A stretch of DNA of 44,413 nucleotides from Victivallaceae bacterium (GCA_021647315.1 JAKIUY010000025.1:1-44413); one strand, 5' to 3'; numbered from the stretch's first letter, positions 16,523 through 25,889 are shown. Notes: generated by a model not told the origin, from the sequence alone. Numbers and translations are program-made.

Positions 16523-16666
16523 ACACATGTAATAAAATTCATTTTGTTTCCTCTTAAATGTTTAGCTCAGGTGTGCTATTTTTAGTTCACATGTAATTAG
16601 GTCCTGTTAGAAAATCTTTAACTTCTGCGAGGCGGAAAATCTAAAGGCTTTTCGAATACCGTCTAA

Positions 16667-16915
16667 TTAATAAACTGGTGTCCGGCCATTTTCTGGGTAT
16701 ACTATGGTATCTTCATAAATCCGACAGGTGTATGAGAAAAATTCTGCGGTTTTCCCAGGATCTTTTTTATCGACATATCTGCCGTTGAGAATTTCAAAAG
16801 CTAAAATTTCATTTGCACTATTCATTACCACCATATCCACAACATCAGCAAAATCAGCTAAGTTATTTTTATAGATATTAACAATAAAAATACCGCTAGG
16901 TAGGGTATAAATCAA
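16667..16915 (-). CDS. Hypothetical small protein (82 aa)
   Basis: ORF only. No recognisable motif. Confidence 0.25.
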   Translation of the reverse strand: MIYTLPSGIFIVNIYKNNLADFADVVDMVVMNSANEILAFEILNGRYVDKKDPGKTAEFFSYTCRIYEDTIVYPENGRTPVY

Positions 16916-16991
16916 TATTGTTGAGGATAAAATATAAACTTGCTTTATATTACATTTTTAATATATTTATCTAAATAGAAAATTGTATTTA

Positions 16992-17104
16992 GCCACGAAT
17001 GCACTAATTTAAAAGTTCGCGCATTCGCGGCTGAAAGATTTGTTTTTATTCGTGCATTCGTGGCTAACGTTTTTATCTTTATTAGTCCCGGCAAAGCCGG
17101 TTAT
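16992..17104 (+). repeat. Composite repeat: three 13-mer GC boxes (GCCACGAATGCAC inverted; GCGCATTCGCGGC; GTGCATTCGTGGC), each followed by T-rich tracts, ending in the family-A CCGGCAAAGCCGG-TTAT motif
   Basis: 16992-17004 is the exact reverse complement of 17052-17064. 17019-17031 is a C/T variant. The unit GCGCATTCGCGGCTAACGTTTTT..TTTATTCGT(T/C)CCGGCAAAGCCGGTTAT recurs at 42902-42955. Confidence 0.5.
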
Positions 17105-17117
17105 ATCTATAAATTAA

Positions 17118-19829
17118 ATGAGAAATATGATTGTTGAACTTTTACTGACCCCAAAGGGGCATCTGCGGCTTGAAACTACTCAGAACAACGAAGACTGGAA
17201 GGTTCCAGCGAAGGTAGCTGAACAACTGAAGGCTGGGTTTGCGGGCGATAATGGCGATGGCCTGATAATGTTGCTTCATGACGAGCTACCAGTCGGTATG
17301 CCGGCAATGTTTCAATATTTCCGAAAATTTACTAAGGAGTTTGTGACCAGACTCTGCCACCTGCCGGAACCTGAAAACGAAGAACTTACCGTTCTATTTG
17401 ATAGTATGCGCCCCAATTTAGCCTATTTCGGTTTTGAGGCATTGGAAATTCCCCCAATGCGCGGAGCTGAATATTTCAATGCCGAAACTTTACTTGCGCT
17501 ATGGCAACAGCTGGAGCTACATGTTCAAACTGCATTCAAGGGCTATTCCGGCAGTTTTTGCGAATGCGTGCGGCAATTCAACCCGGTCTGGAAACAGGTC
17601 GGTAAAGTTAGTTTTCATCTGGCAGAGAACAAACAGGATGTGGACGGTAACCATCCATTCGCATTTATGGCGACCTTTATTCATCGACTATCAGAAAGTG
17701 ATCAACCTAAACATCTGCCGTTAGGTACCGCCCTGAAAGCATATGCAAATGATCGCAATGCCCTGCTTACCTTGTTAAAACCGGTACAGGCGGCAGGTGA
17801 ACGCAGTGAGCTTATTCAAAAAATGGTGGACAACAAAACAATTTTTCGTCCCGCTGCCTGGTCGTCTCTTGAAGCATATAATTTCCTGCAGGATGTTGCG
17901 GCATTGGAAGAGAGCGGGATTATCGTTCGGATTGCCAAGTTATGGAAAACGTCAAAACCGTCAAAAGTTCAGGTCGCAGTCAATATCGATATTAAAAAAG
18001 GGCAGAAGATGGGCATTAATGCCCTGTTAAACTTTTCATGGAAAGTTAGTCTGGATGGCGTTTATCTGACGAAAGCTGAACTGGAAGAGATGTTTAATTC
18101 CGACGGCGGTTTAGTCCGAATCAAAGGGCAATGGGTTGAAGCTGATCCAGATAGAATTAAACAGTTATTGGCACAGTGGGATGACGCTAATCGCATGGCT
18201 GGCGACGGCTTTTCTTTTGTTCAGGGGCTGAAGCTGCTGGCTGGAGCACAGTTGCAGGGCAAGGATGGCGAACTGCCGGATATTGATCGCGATTTCAGTT
18301 CAATTAATGCCGTTGGTGAAATGAAAAAACTGCTGGATGAACTGAATAGTCCGTCACAAATTGCTTTACCTAAAATATCTAAGTTTCTCCAGCGAACGCT
18401 ACGGCCCTATCAATTGGATGGCGTTAAATGGCTCTGGCGCATGACTGAACTGGGTCTTGGGGGCTGTCTGGCCGACGATATGGGGCTGGGAAAAACCTTG
18501 CAGGTACTGACAATGCTGTCACTGCTCAAACAGCGTGGTGATACGGCAAAAATTCCGGCTCTATTAATTGCCCCGGCATCATTACTGAAAAACTGGGAAC
18601 AGGAATCCGCTAAATTTACTCCGGAACTGCGTTTCGGTATCCTGCACCCGATGGCAATGGAGCGTGCAGAACTGGCTGAACCGGAACTGTTATTAGGTAA
18701 ATTTGATGCTTTAGTCACCACGTATGGCATGGCAACGCGACTGAAACAACTGAGCAAAATTGAATGGACTGCGATAATTATTGATGAAGCGCAGGCGATT
18801 AAAAATCCATCATCACAACAGAGCAGGGCAGTACGTTCATTGCGAAGCTCACGCAAATTGGCTCTAACCGGAACTCCGGTCGAAAACCGTTTAACTGACC
18901 TTTGGTCTATTTTTGACTATATTTCTCCAGGACTGTTGGGGAATATCAACGGGTTTAAAACTTTTGTGAAAAAACTGACTGATGATGCTGGCGGGGTTAA
19001 TTATGCCCCATTGCGACGCTTGACCAAACCATATATCATGCGGCGGTTGAAAACTGATAAACATATTATTTCCGACCTGCCGGATAAGACAGAGATGAAA
19101 GTATATTGTTCTCTGACCAAACAACAGGCGACGTTGTACCAGCAGGCAGTTAGCAATATGGCTCGCGAGCTGAAAGAACTTGATGATATTCAGCGGCGCG
19201 GTCTGGTGTTTAAATACTTAATGGCGTTTAAACAGATCTGTAATCATCCGGCACAATTTGACGGCAGTGGTGATTTTAACGCAGCCGCTGGGGGTAAATT
19301 TCAGCGGATCACGGCTATTGTTGAAGAGATCAATTCACGTCAGGAGAAGGTCTTGATCTTTACCCAGTTCAGAGAGATGATTGAACCGCTGCATGAACAT
19401 TTAGCGAGCTGTTTTGGGCGTCCGGGCTTGATGCTGCATGGTGGAACTTCGATAAAAAAACGACAGCAGTTAGTCGAAGAGTTTCAACGTGAATCAGGTC
19501 CGCCATTTTTTATTTTATCGCTTAAAGCTGCCGGTACTGGTCTCAATTTAACTGCAGCCAATCATGTGATCCATTTTGACCGCTGGTGGAATCCTGCGGT
19601 GGAAAATCAGGCAACCGATCGCGCCTACCGTATCGGACAACATCGCAATGTCTTAGCCCACAAATTTATCTGTAAAGGGACGATTGAAGAAAAAATTGAT
19701 GCACTAATTGATGATAAACGCGAACTATCCGACTCGCTAATTGAAGGCAGTACGGAAAAAATGTTAACCGATATGAATAACAACGAATTACTCGACTTCG
19801 TCGCCCTTGATGTAAATACAGTGATATAA
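17118..19829 (+). CDS. SNF2-family DNA-dependent ATPase/helicase with an N-terminal extension of about 400 aa
   Basis: Helicase motifs DDMGLGKTLQ (I), DEAQAIKN (II), LTGTPVENRL (III), and LSLKAAGTGLNLTAANHVIHFDRWWNPAVENQATDRAYRIGQ (V-VI). Confidence 0.9.
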   Translation: MRNMIVELLLTPKGHLRLETTQNNEDWKVPAKVAEQLKAGFAGDNGDGLIMLLHDELPVGMPAMFQYFRKFTKEFVTRLCHLPEPENEELTVLFDSMRPNLAYFGFEALEIPPMRGAEYFNAETLLALWQQLELHVQTAFKGYSGSFCECVRQFNPVWKQVGKVSFHLAENKQDVDGNHPFAFMATFIHRLSESDQPKHLPLGTALKAYANDRNALLTLLKPVQAAGERSELIQKMVDNKTIFRPAAWSSLEAYNFLQDVAALEESGIIVRIAKLWKTSKPSKVQVAVNIDIKKGQKMGINALLNFSWKVSLDGVYLTKAELEEMFNSDGGLVRIKGQWVEADPDRIKQLLAQWDDANRMAGDGFSFVQGLKLLAGAQLQGKDGELPDIDRDFSSINAVGEMKKLLDELNSPSQIALPKISKFLQRTLRPYQLDGVKWLWRMTELGLGGCLADDMGLGKTLQVLTMLSLLKQRGDTAKIPALLIAPASLLKNWEQESAKFTPELRFGILHPMAMERAELAEPELLLGKFDALVTTYGMATRLKQLSKIEWTAIIIDEAQAIKNPSSQQSRAVRSLRSSRKLALTGTPVENRLTDLWSIFDYISPGLLGNINGFKTFVKKLTDDAGGVNYAPLRRLTKPYIMRRLKTDKHIISDLPDKTEMKVYCSLTKQQATLYQQAVSNMARELKELDDIQRRGLVFKYLMAFKQICNHPAQFDGSGDFNAAAGGKFQRITAIVEEINSRQEKVLIFTQFREMIEPLHEHLASCFGRPGLMLHGGTSIKKRQQLVEEFQRESGPPFFILSLKAAGTGLNLTAANHVIHFDRWWNPAVENQATDRAYRIGQHRNVLAHKFICKGTIEEKIDALIDDKRELSDSLIEGSTEKMLTDMNNNELLDFVALDVNTVI

Positions 19830-20011
19830 GAGGCAATTTCAAAACTCTCCGTGGCAGATTTTTGATTTTTGACGGCATCTTTTGATTTTGAGCTCATTCG
19901 CATACCTGCAGGTATGTTCAATCGCTAAAAAATCAAAATCTACTCGCCAAAAACAGTAAAAATCATGCTCACGTTGGACTTTTGAAATCACCTCATAAAA
20001 AAGAAAAGAGT

Positions 20012-20076
20012 TTAGCCCTTGATAATGCAATTTTTAATTGCATTATCAAGGGCTAACAAGTTTTTGTTTTTTATTG
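20012..20076 (+). terminator. Strong Rho-independent terminator after the SNF2 gene
   Basis: Perfect 21-bp stem TTAGCCCTTGATAATGCAATT-ttt-AATTGCATTATCAAGGGCTAA, followed by CAAGTTTTTGTTTTTTATTG. Confidence 0.7.
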
Positions 20077-20079
20077 TTT

Positions 20080-20155
20080 CCGCTTCCGTAGCGACGAAGG
20101 AGCGGAGTTTGAAGCGGCATCTGCTTTCAGGTGCCACCTGATTAGGAAATATATT
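20080..20155 (+). repeat. Family-B structured repeat, copy 2, ending at the ATG of the SWIM gene
   Basis: CCGCTTCCGTAGCGACGAAGGAGCGGAGTTTGAAGCGGCATCTGCTTTCAGGTGCCACCTGATTAGGAAATATATT-ATG. About 85% identical to 32511-32586. Confidence 0.5.
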
Positions 20156-21106
20156 ATGTCAAGATATTATGATGATTATCCGGCTTATGTTTCGGTTGCG
20201 GAACGTAAACACCAGATTCAGCAGAAAATGGTCAAACTACGCAAACAGGGGCAAGAACTTTCGCCAGTGGTGATTGAAGGCCGTCTTATTGCCAGAACCT
20301 TCTGGGGCAAAGCATGGTGTACCAATATTGAGTCATACCATGATTATTCGAATCGCCTGCCACGCGCTCGTAGTTACGTCAAACATGGTGCGGTGGTTGA
20401 TCTGAAAATCGAGACCGGTAAAATTACCGCATTGGTTCAGGGCTCTGAACTTTATAATGTCGATATTACAATAGAAAAACTCAATACAAATCGTTGGGAG
20501 AAAATTAAACAGGAATGTGCCGGAAAAATTAATTCACTGATTGATCTGATTCAGGGCAAACTTTCTGATGAGGTTATTGCTCTACTTTGTCGCCACGATG
20601 AAGGACTGTTCCCTGCACCGAATGAAATTAGATTGGACTGCGATTGCCCGGACTGGGCGGATCTATGCAAACACCTAGCGGCAGTTCTTTATGGAATCGG
20701 TGCCCGACTGGATCATGAACCTGAACTTTTTTTCCTGTTGCGCGGTGTCGATCAGCATGAACTTTTCACTGCCGGTTTGACGGACAACCTGACCGGTACA
20801 GATGTCGAATCAGATATTGCAGACGATGCTCTAGGTGACATCTTTGGTATTGATTTAGATGAGTTGGATGATATCATGCCTGAACCATCTCCGGTAAAAG
20901 AAGTAGCTAAGCCCAAAAAACAGACCGCTAAGGCTAAATCAACCAAGGCAACCCCTAGAGTCAAGAAGGTGACAAAAAAAAGTGTAGTAGCCAAAAGCAC
21001 TGTGGTAAAAAAGCCAAGCAAGTCAAAGTCACAGCCCATAGAGGTGAAAGTCACTAAAGTTAAAGAGAAAAAGGCAGGGCGTTCAATGCGCCGTGGCAAA
21101 AAATAA
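20156..21106 (+). CDS. SWIM zinc-finger protein with a C-terminal histone-H1-like Lys/Ala/Pro-rich tail
   Basis: CDCPDWADLCKHLAAVLY matches the SWIM CxCx(n)CxH signature. The tail reads KEVAKPKKQTAKAKSTKATPRVKKVTKKSVVAKSTVVKKPSKSKS.. The bacterial SNF2 plus SWIM pairing is established in the literature. Confidence 0.8.
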   Translation: MSRYYDDYPAYVSVAERKHQIQQKMVKLRKQGQELSPVVIEGRLIARTFWGKAWCTNIESYHDYSNRLPRARSYVKHGAVVDLKIETGKITALVQGSELYNVDITIEKLNTNRWEKIKQECAGKINSLIDLIQGKLSDEVIALLCRHDEGLFPAPNEIRLDCDCPDWADLCKHLAAVLYGIGARLDHEPELFFLLRGVDQHELFTAGLTDNLTGTDVESDIADDALGDIFGIDLDELDDIMPEPSPVKEVAKPKKQTAKAKSTKATPRVKKVTKKSVVAKSTVVKKPSKSKSQPIEVKVTKVKEKKAGRSMRRGKK

Positions 21107-21164
21107 AAGAGATATTCAGGCATTATTTAGCCACTGATCTACACTAATGAGCACAAATCTTTTT

Positions 21165-21200
21165 ATTCGCAGTTTTTGCGAATGAAATGCTTTTATTTTA
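21165..21200 (+). terminator. Hairpin ATTCGCA-gttttt-TGCGAAT followed by a T-rich tract, between the converging SWIM and AraC genes
   Basis: Perfect 7-bp stem, then GAAATGCTTTTATTTTA. Confidence 0.4.
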
Positions 21201-21232
21201 TACAATTTGCAAAGAGCAAAACCAGTGCTGTT

Positions 21233-22117
21233 TTACAATGGCATATTGCCGGTTTCGGCGACGTAGAGGCGTAGCTTTCTTGGCGTTGTATTGGTATGGG
21301 ATTTGAATACCAGATAGAAATAGCCGAGGTTGCTGAAGCCGCAAGCTGTGGCTATTGCATGGATCGGTTGATTGGTTCTGGTCAGCAGTTTTATCGCTTG
21401 ACCTGTTCTGACTGATAAAATATATTCCACCAAACTCATTCCGGTCTGTCGTCTGAAATTCCTGGCAAATAGACTGCGTGACATTCCGGTTTTTTCTGCC
21501 GCTGCGTCCAATGAAAGTTCAGCTTGTGGATGGGCATTCAGCCAATTGCACAGTGATGTTAATTTTGCCGAATAATCAGATGATTCAAGCTCAGTATTAG
21601 CGGCAAAGCTTCTTGAATGGTTTATTATCAGTTGCGCAAGCAAGGTTCCTGCCATCGTTTGACTTAGTGGACTATGGTGATCTAATTCCTGCTGGATTTG
21701 CCTGGCTAGTTTAATATTTTGATCAGCTGGATTACTAGTATAGGGCAGGGATGCATATTGTCTGTTTTTTATAATATCAACAATCATAGTTCGCAATGCT
21801 GGCGTGATATTGGCGATATCAGTATGGAGATCAAAACAGATAAAAGCTATCTCGGCAGGCGTTTCAGTTGAGCCGATTGCCTGATGTGGAACCGTCGCAG
21901 GGAGAAAAAAAGTTCTACCTTTTGAAACCTTATAGCTTTTGCCCGCAATCGTATGTTGTCCGGTATCACTAAGACATACCACAAACTCATTCATCTGGTG
22001 TTGATGCGTTGCAATTATGTTTGATTTTGTAACTTTTACTATATTTCCCCAGAACATAATCAATCCTTTTTTGTCCGATAGTGTAATTATTATATCCGAA
22101 ACTATAAGATATTGCAA
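21233..22117 (-). CDS. AraC-family transcriptional regulator (N-terminal cupin sensor, C-terminal double HTH)
   Basis: C-terminus LSLDAAAEKTGMSRSLFARNFRRQTGMSLVEYI...GFSNLGYFYLVFK. Diverges from the URO-D-like gene. Confidence 0.8.
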   Translation of the reverse strand: MQYLIVSDIIITLSDKKGLIMFWGNIVKVTKSNIIATHQHQMNEFVVCLSDTGQHTIAGKSYKVSKGRTFFLPATVPHQAIGSTETPAEIAFICFDLHTDIANITPALRTMIVDIIKNRQYASLPYTSNPADQNIKLARQIQQELDHHSPLSQTMAGTLLAQLIINHSRSFAANTELESSDYSAKLTSLCNWLNAHPQAELSLDAAAEKTGMSRSLFARNFRRQTGMSLVEYILSVRTGQAIKLLTRTNQPIHAIATACGFSNLGYFYLVFKSHTNTTPRKLRLYVAETGNMPL

Positions 22118-22233
22118 CTCTTATCTATTATATTGTAGTATAAATTTTTTATAGGAAAAAGAAGTCAGCCGCGAATACGTTAATAAAAAAAATATTAGGT
22201 GTCTCAGCAACGGAAATTCAGGAGAAATATATT

Positions 22234-23325
22234 ATGGGTTGTTCATGGAAAAAAGATTGGGAAGAGACTAAGGAACGTTTTAACAGCTGGTGGCACCAGG
22301 ATGGCCTGTTAGTCAGTAGTGGTTTTGGTGCTTTGCAAACGAATGGTACTCCACGTGATGATATTGCTAAACCTGAGTCGAAGAGTGAGCGTGAAGAGGA
22401 ATATACTGACATCGAGTGGCGGGCTGATTATAATCATTACATAATGGCAAATAGTGAGTTTTACCTTGATTCGCTACCGGTAACTTATGCAAATTACGGC
22501 CCCGGCACGCTGGCAATGTTTCTCGGTTCAAAACCCGGCTTTGAAAAAGGTACAATCTGGTTTTATCCCACTATGAAATCAGAACTGGAACCGGAAAAGC
22601 TACCGCCATTGACTTTTGATCCGGGAAACTACTGGTGGAAGGTTATTAGTGCTACTTTGCAGAAAAATGCTGATATGGGACGGGGTAGATACTTGACCGG
22701 CTGCCCTGATCTGGTAGAAAATATTGATGTCCTGGCTTCATTGCGGGATTCTCAGACGTTGCTGATGGATATGATTGAACGTCCTAAATGGGTAAAAGAA
22801 AAGGTCTTTGAGATTAACCAGGTATGGTTTGAAGCTTATAATCGAATTTATGATATTATCAAGGATGAAGATGGCAGTTCCGCTTTCTGGGCGTTCGGTC
22901 TGTGGGCTCCGGGAAAAACTGCCAAAGTACAATGTGACGCGTCGGCAATGTTCTCCCCGGATATGTTCAGGGAATTTGTCGTTCCAGCCCTGACTGAACA
23001 GTGCGAATGGTTGGATTATTCAATGTTTCACCTTGATGGTCACCAGTGCATCTGTCAGCTTGATCATTTACTTGAAATTGACGCATTGGATGCGATAGAA
23101 TGGACCCCGGATCCAATGGTACCGTCAGGCGGCAGCTCTGAATGGTATGCCATGTACAAACGTATTCTTAACGCCGGAAAATCAATTCAGGCGATTGGTA
23201 TTAAACACGACGAAATCAAACCGCTACTTGATGCCGTCGGTCCCGAAGGAGTATATATTTTTACCGATATAACCAACGAAGCCGACGCAGAAAAAGTAGC
23301 CAAAATAATCGAACCGTATCGTTAA
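22234..23325 (+). CDS. Uroporphyrinogen-decarboxylase (URO-D)-like family protein, of the type common in carbohydrate-utilisation loci
   Basis: 363 aa. The family was assigned by eye (..PDPMVPSGGSSEWY..). Uncertain. Confidence 0.4.
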   Translation: MGCSWKKDWEETKERFNSWWHQDGLLVSSGFGALQTNGTPRDDIAKPESKSEREEEYTDIEWRADYNHYIMANSEFYLDSLPVTYANYGPGTLAMFLGSKPGFEKGTIWFYPTMKSELEPEKLPPLTFDPGNYWWKVISATLQKNADMGRGRYLTGCPDLVENIDVLASLRDSQTLLMDMIERPKWVKEKVFEINQVWFEAYNRIYDIIKDEDGSSAFWAFGLWAPGKTAKVQCDASAMFSPDMFREFVVPALTEQCEWLDYSMFHLDGHQCICQLDHLLEIDALDAIEWTPDPMVPSGGSSEWYAMYKRILNAGKSIQAIGIKHDEIKPLLDAVGPEGVYIFTDITNEADAEKVAKIIEPYR

Positions 23326-23374
23326 TAAAATCTATGGCAAAAACATTTGTCCAGCAATGATTAAGAAGTTACAG

Positions 23375-24718
23375 CTAAAATGCAGTGATGAATTTTTTAT
23401 GGGCTTTTAACAGCTTATTGCCCATCGCTTCAACCTCTTTACCACTTAGTTTGCTACAGAGTGGATCAATGTGCAGAGCCTGCATGGCTAGTTTTTTATC
23501 GTGGTTGAAACAGGCATCAACCTGCATTTTGAAAACTTTGGCCCATGGTGCACACATCGCCTGAACTGCGTCCGGCAGTGGGCCGAAGGTTATGGGTGCA
23601 AAGCCGTTGCGATCCACACGGATGGCGGTTTCTACAACGACATCTTGTGGTAGGTTGGCGACTTGACCGATATTGGGCAGATTGCCGACGTCGATAAAAA
23701 CTTCACCTTGCGAATGGGCATTGATAATATCGGCCGCCGTCTCACGACTGCGTTCCAGATAAATTTTGTCAATATTAATTTTACCGGAAAGCATGTCCTG
23801 TAATTTATCGGCACGCTCTTTGAAGCTTTTTCGGCGGTCATCGATGCTGGTGCGTTTGATTTTATAACGCTTCATAGTCTGTTTATTGGTGATGTATTGC
23901 GGGAAACATTCACAGATGTGGCGGTCTCCTAGGTATGGCATTACACCGGTGATACGAAATAGTTCAGTTGCCACTTCACGCTCCGATTTGAAGCCCATCG
24001 GATCTTCGTGAATTGTTTTCAGCAAGGTGGTCAATGAGGTTTTCTTTAATTTCTTGGTTAGTTCCGTAATAACATCATGTTTTCCGGCACGTGCCTCGGT
24101 AATCCAGAAAAAATGATTTAATCCGGCATATTTGACAGCAATATCCTCTTCGCCCTTCAGTTTATATAAATCTTTGATAAAACTCAGATTTTCAAACAGT
24201 CCATGACAGAGTCCGACGACGGAGCCGGTACAGATTCTGGACAGGACATCGGTCAGCGTTGTCATAGGATTTGTATAATTCAAGACCATGGCACTAGGTG
24301 CGTAACGGTTGATGGCATCTGCCAGGTTGATAAAAATATCGAAGTTACGGATAAGCCGTGCCCAGCCGCCGGGACCGGTCGTGTCGCCGACGGTGTGATA
24401 GATGCCGTACTCTTCAGGAATAGCCAGGTCGTGCGCCATTGCATCCAGTCCACCGGTTGAGATGGTGATAATGATATAATTCGCTCCGGTGAGTGCTGCC
24501 TGTTGATTGTCAGTCGCAATAATATTTGCTTTTAGTCCAAGCTGTCCGGCTACTTTGCCCAGAAATTTTTTATTGGTTTCAGCCGTCGTCAGATCAATAT
24601 CGAACAGGACATATTCCGCTTTACTGATGCCGGGCGTGAGTAACATATCTTTTACGATATTAGGTGTCCAGGCATTGCTGCCACCACCGACAATAACAAT
24701 TTTATTCTTTTTAGCCAT
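23375..24718 (-). CDS. Glycoside hydrolase family 4 (NAD+/Mn2+-dependent alpha-glucosidase or 6-phospho-glycosidase)
   Basis: MAKKNKIVIVGGGSNAWTPNIV (Rossmann fold), MVLNYTNPMTTLTD, GLCHG, GLNHFFWITE. Confidence 0.85.
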   Translation of the reverse strand: MAKKNKIVIVGGGSNAWTPNIVKDMLLTPGISKAEYVLFDIDLTTAETNKKFLGKVAGQLGLKANIIATDNQQAALTGANYIIITISTGGLDAMAHDLAIPEEYGIYHTVGDTTGPGGWARLIRNFDIFINLADAINRYAPSAMVLNYTNPMTTLTDVLSRICTGSVVGLCHGLFENLSFIKDLYKLKGEEDIAVKYAGLNHFFWITEARAGKHDVITELTKKLKKTSLTTLLKTIHEDPMGFKSEREVATELFRITGVMPYLGDRHICECFPQYITNKQTMKRYKIKRTSIDDRRKSFKERADKLQDMLSGKINIDKIYLERSRETAADIINAHSQGEVFIDVGNLPNIGQVANLPQDVVVETAIRVDRNGFAPITFGPLPDAVQAMCAPWAKVFKMQVDACFNHDKKLAMQALHIDPLCSKLSGKEVEAMGNKLLKAHKKFITAF

Positions 24719-24756
24719 AACTTTAATTCCTGTTTTTTATAAAAATCAATGATCTG

Positions 24757-24830
24757 TTACACAGAGCACCATAAAGGATGCACAGAGTTTCACGAAGCAA
24801 AATCTTTGTGTAACTCTGTTAATACTTTGC
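24757..24830. promoter_or_regulatory. GTAAC-containing inverted and direct repeats (GTTACACAGAG / TTTGTGTAACTCTG / TTGCGTAACTTTGTGAC) in the divergent GH4-AraC intergenic region
   Basis: Read directly. Candidate operator or activator sites. Confidence 0.25.
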
Positions 24831-25064
24831 GTAACTTTGTGACATAACTTCATTTTTCTCAAGTTCTCAGCACCAAGCACCAAGTATCAAATATATCCCG
24901 AAAATATCTGCTATCAATAGCCGATATGATTTTAAAAGTTCTCAATATGATGTTTATTAAGAGTGTAATGAATATATAAAACCGTTGGAGCACAGATTTT
25001 TTGTCTGCTTTCCGTTCATTTTTTGTACGATATTAGTTCAGACGAACGTCTGTTAAGGAAACTG

Positions 25065-25889
25065 ATGAATTTAAATTATAAAGTTGAAACAGTGCCGGTG
25101 ACAGAGCTGGTATTTGTGACTCATAAGGCGAAACGCCGTGATTTTGAATTATCGCAGCACGCTCACTGTTATCATGAAATTATTTATGTTGATTATGGGA
25201 GTGTGCTGTTGGAAATGGAATCGCTGGATACAGTCATTAACCCGGGTTATATTATCTTTATTGCCAATGGCAAATCACACAAATTTCATGGGATAGCCGG
25301 AGCACCGTTTGATTTTCTCAATATATGTTATAATGGACTATTACCTGAATCAATCGCCGATAGACCGTTAAAAATAGGGGCCGCTGAACGTAATTTGCTG
25401 AAACGGATTAAAGATGAGGGGAACAGTGATTTGCCATACAGTAAAGATATCGCGGTAACGCTATTGAGTGAATTGATTTTTATATTGTGCCGTCAGGGAG
25501 AAATTGCGACACCCGCCCCACAGTATACGGCTAGAAACAGTGAACTTTATCATGCGGCAGTTGTTCAGCGGTGTATGGAGTTTATTGAAGAACATTTTGC
25601 TGAAAGCGGGTTGTTGGATAGAGCCTGTAAAAAAGCGGGGTTGAGCAAATCATACCTGCGAGCTCTGGTAAAAAAAGAAACTGGGTCTAGTTTTGGCTGT
25701 CATATTCAACAGTTCAGAGTTGGTGCCGCTCGAAAAATGTTATTGGAATCGACATTAAGCCTGAAAGAAATCGTCAACCATGTCGGTTATCAGTCCCTAC
25801 CGTTTTTCTTCAAGATCTTTCGGCGCTCCATTGGTATGAGCCCGATGGAATACGCCAAATCGCTGGGCATACCGGATGATACAAATTAA
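25065..25889 (+). CDS. AraC-family transcriptional regulator
   Basis: HTH ..LLDRACKKAGLSKSYLRALVKKETGSSF..GYQSLPFFFKIFRRSIGMSPMEY. The start is set at MNLNYK, which has an AAGGAAA ribosome-binding site. The ORF-track start at 25023 would include the CAGACGAACGTCTG palindrome. Confidence 0.8.
   Translation: MNLNYKVETVPVTELVFVTHKAKRRDFELSQHAHCYHEIIYVDYGSVLLEMESLDTVINPGYIIFIANGKSHKFHGIAGAPFDFLNICYNGLLPESIADRPLKIGAAERNLLKRIKDEGNSDLPYSKDIAVTLLSELIFILCRQGEIATPAPQYTARNSELYHAAVVQRCMEFIEEHFAESGLLDRACKKAGLSKSYLRALVKKETGSSFGCHIQQFRVGAARKMLLESTLSLKEIVNHVGYQSLPFFFKIFRRSIGMSPMEYAKSLGIPDDTN

Noticed and set aside
12867-16600. Shared 12-mer TTTTTAGTTCAC at 12899 and 16573 (and TGTTTTTAGTTCC at 43655)
   Set aside because: AT-rich short matches in AT-rich intergenic DNA. 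Too short to separate from composition-driven chance. No flanking similarity.
18410-18856. 148-aa antisense ORF inside the SNF2 gene (similar cases at 30728-31252 in tyrS and 41589-42050 in galE)
   Set aside because: Antisense frames within strongly supported conserved genes. The Ser/Cys-rich composition is typical of spurious ORFs.
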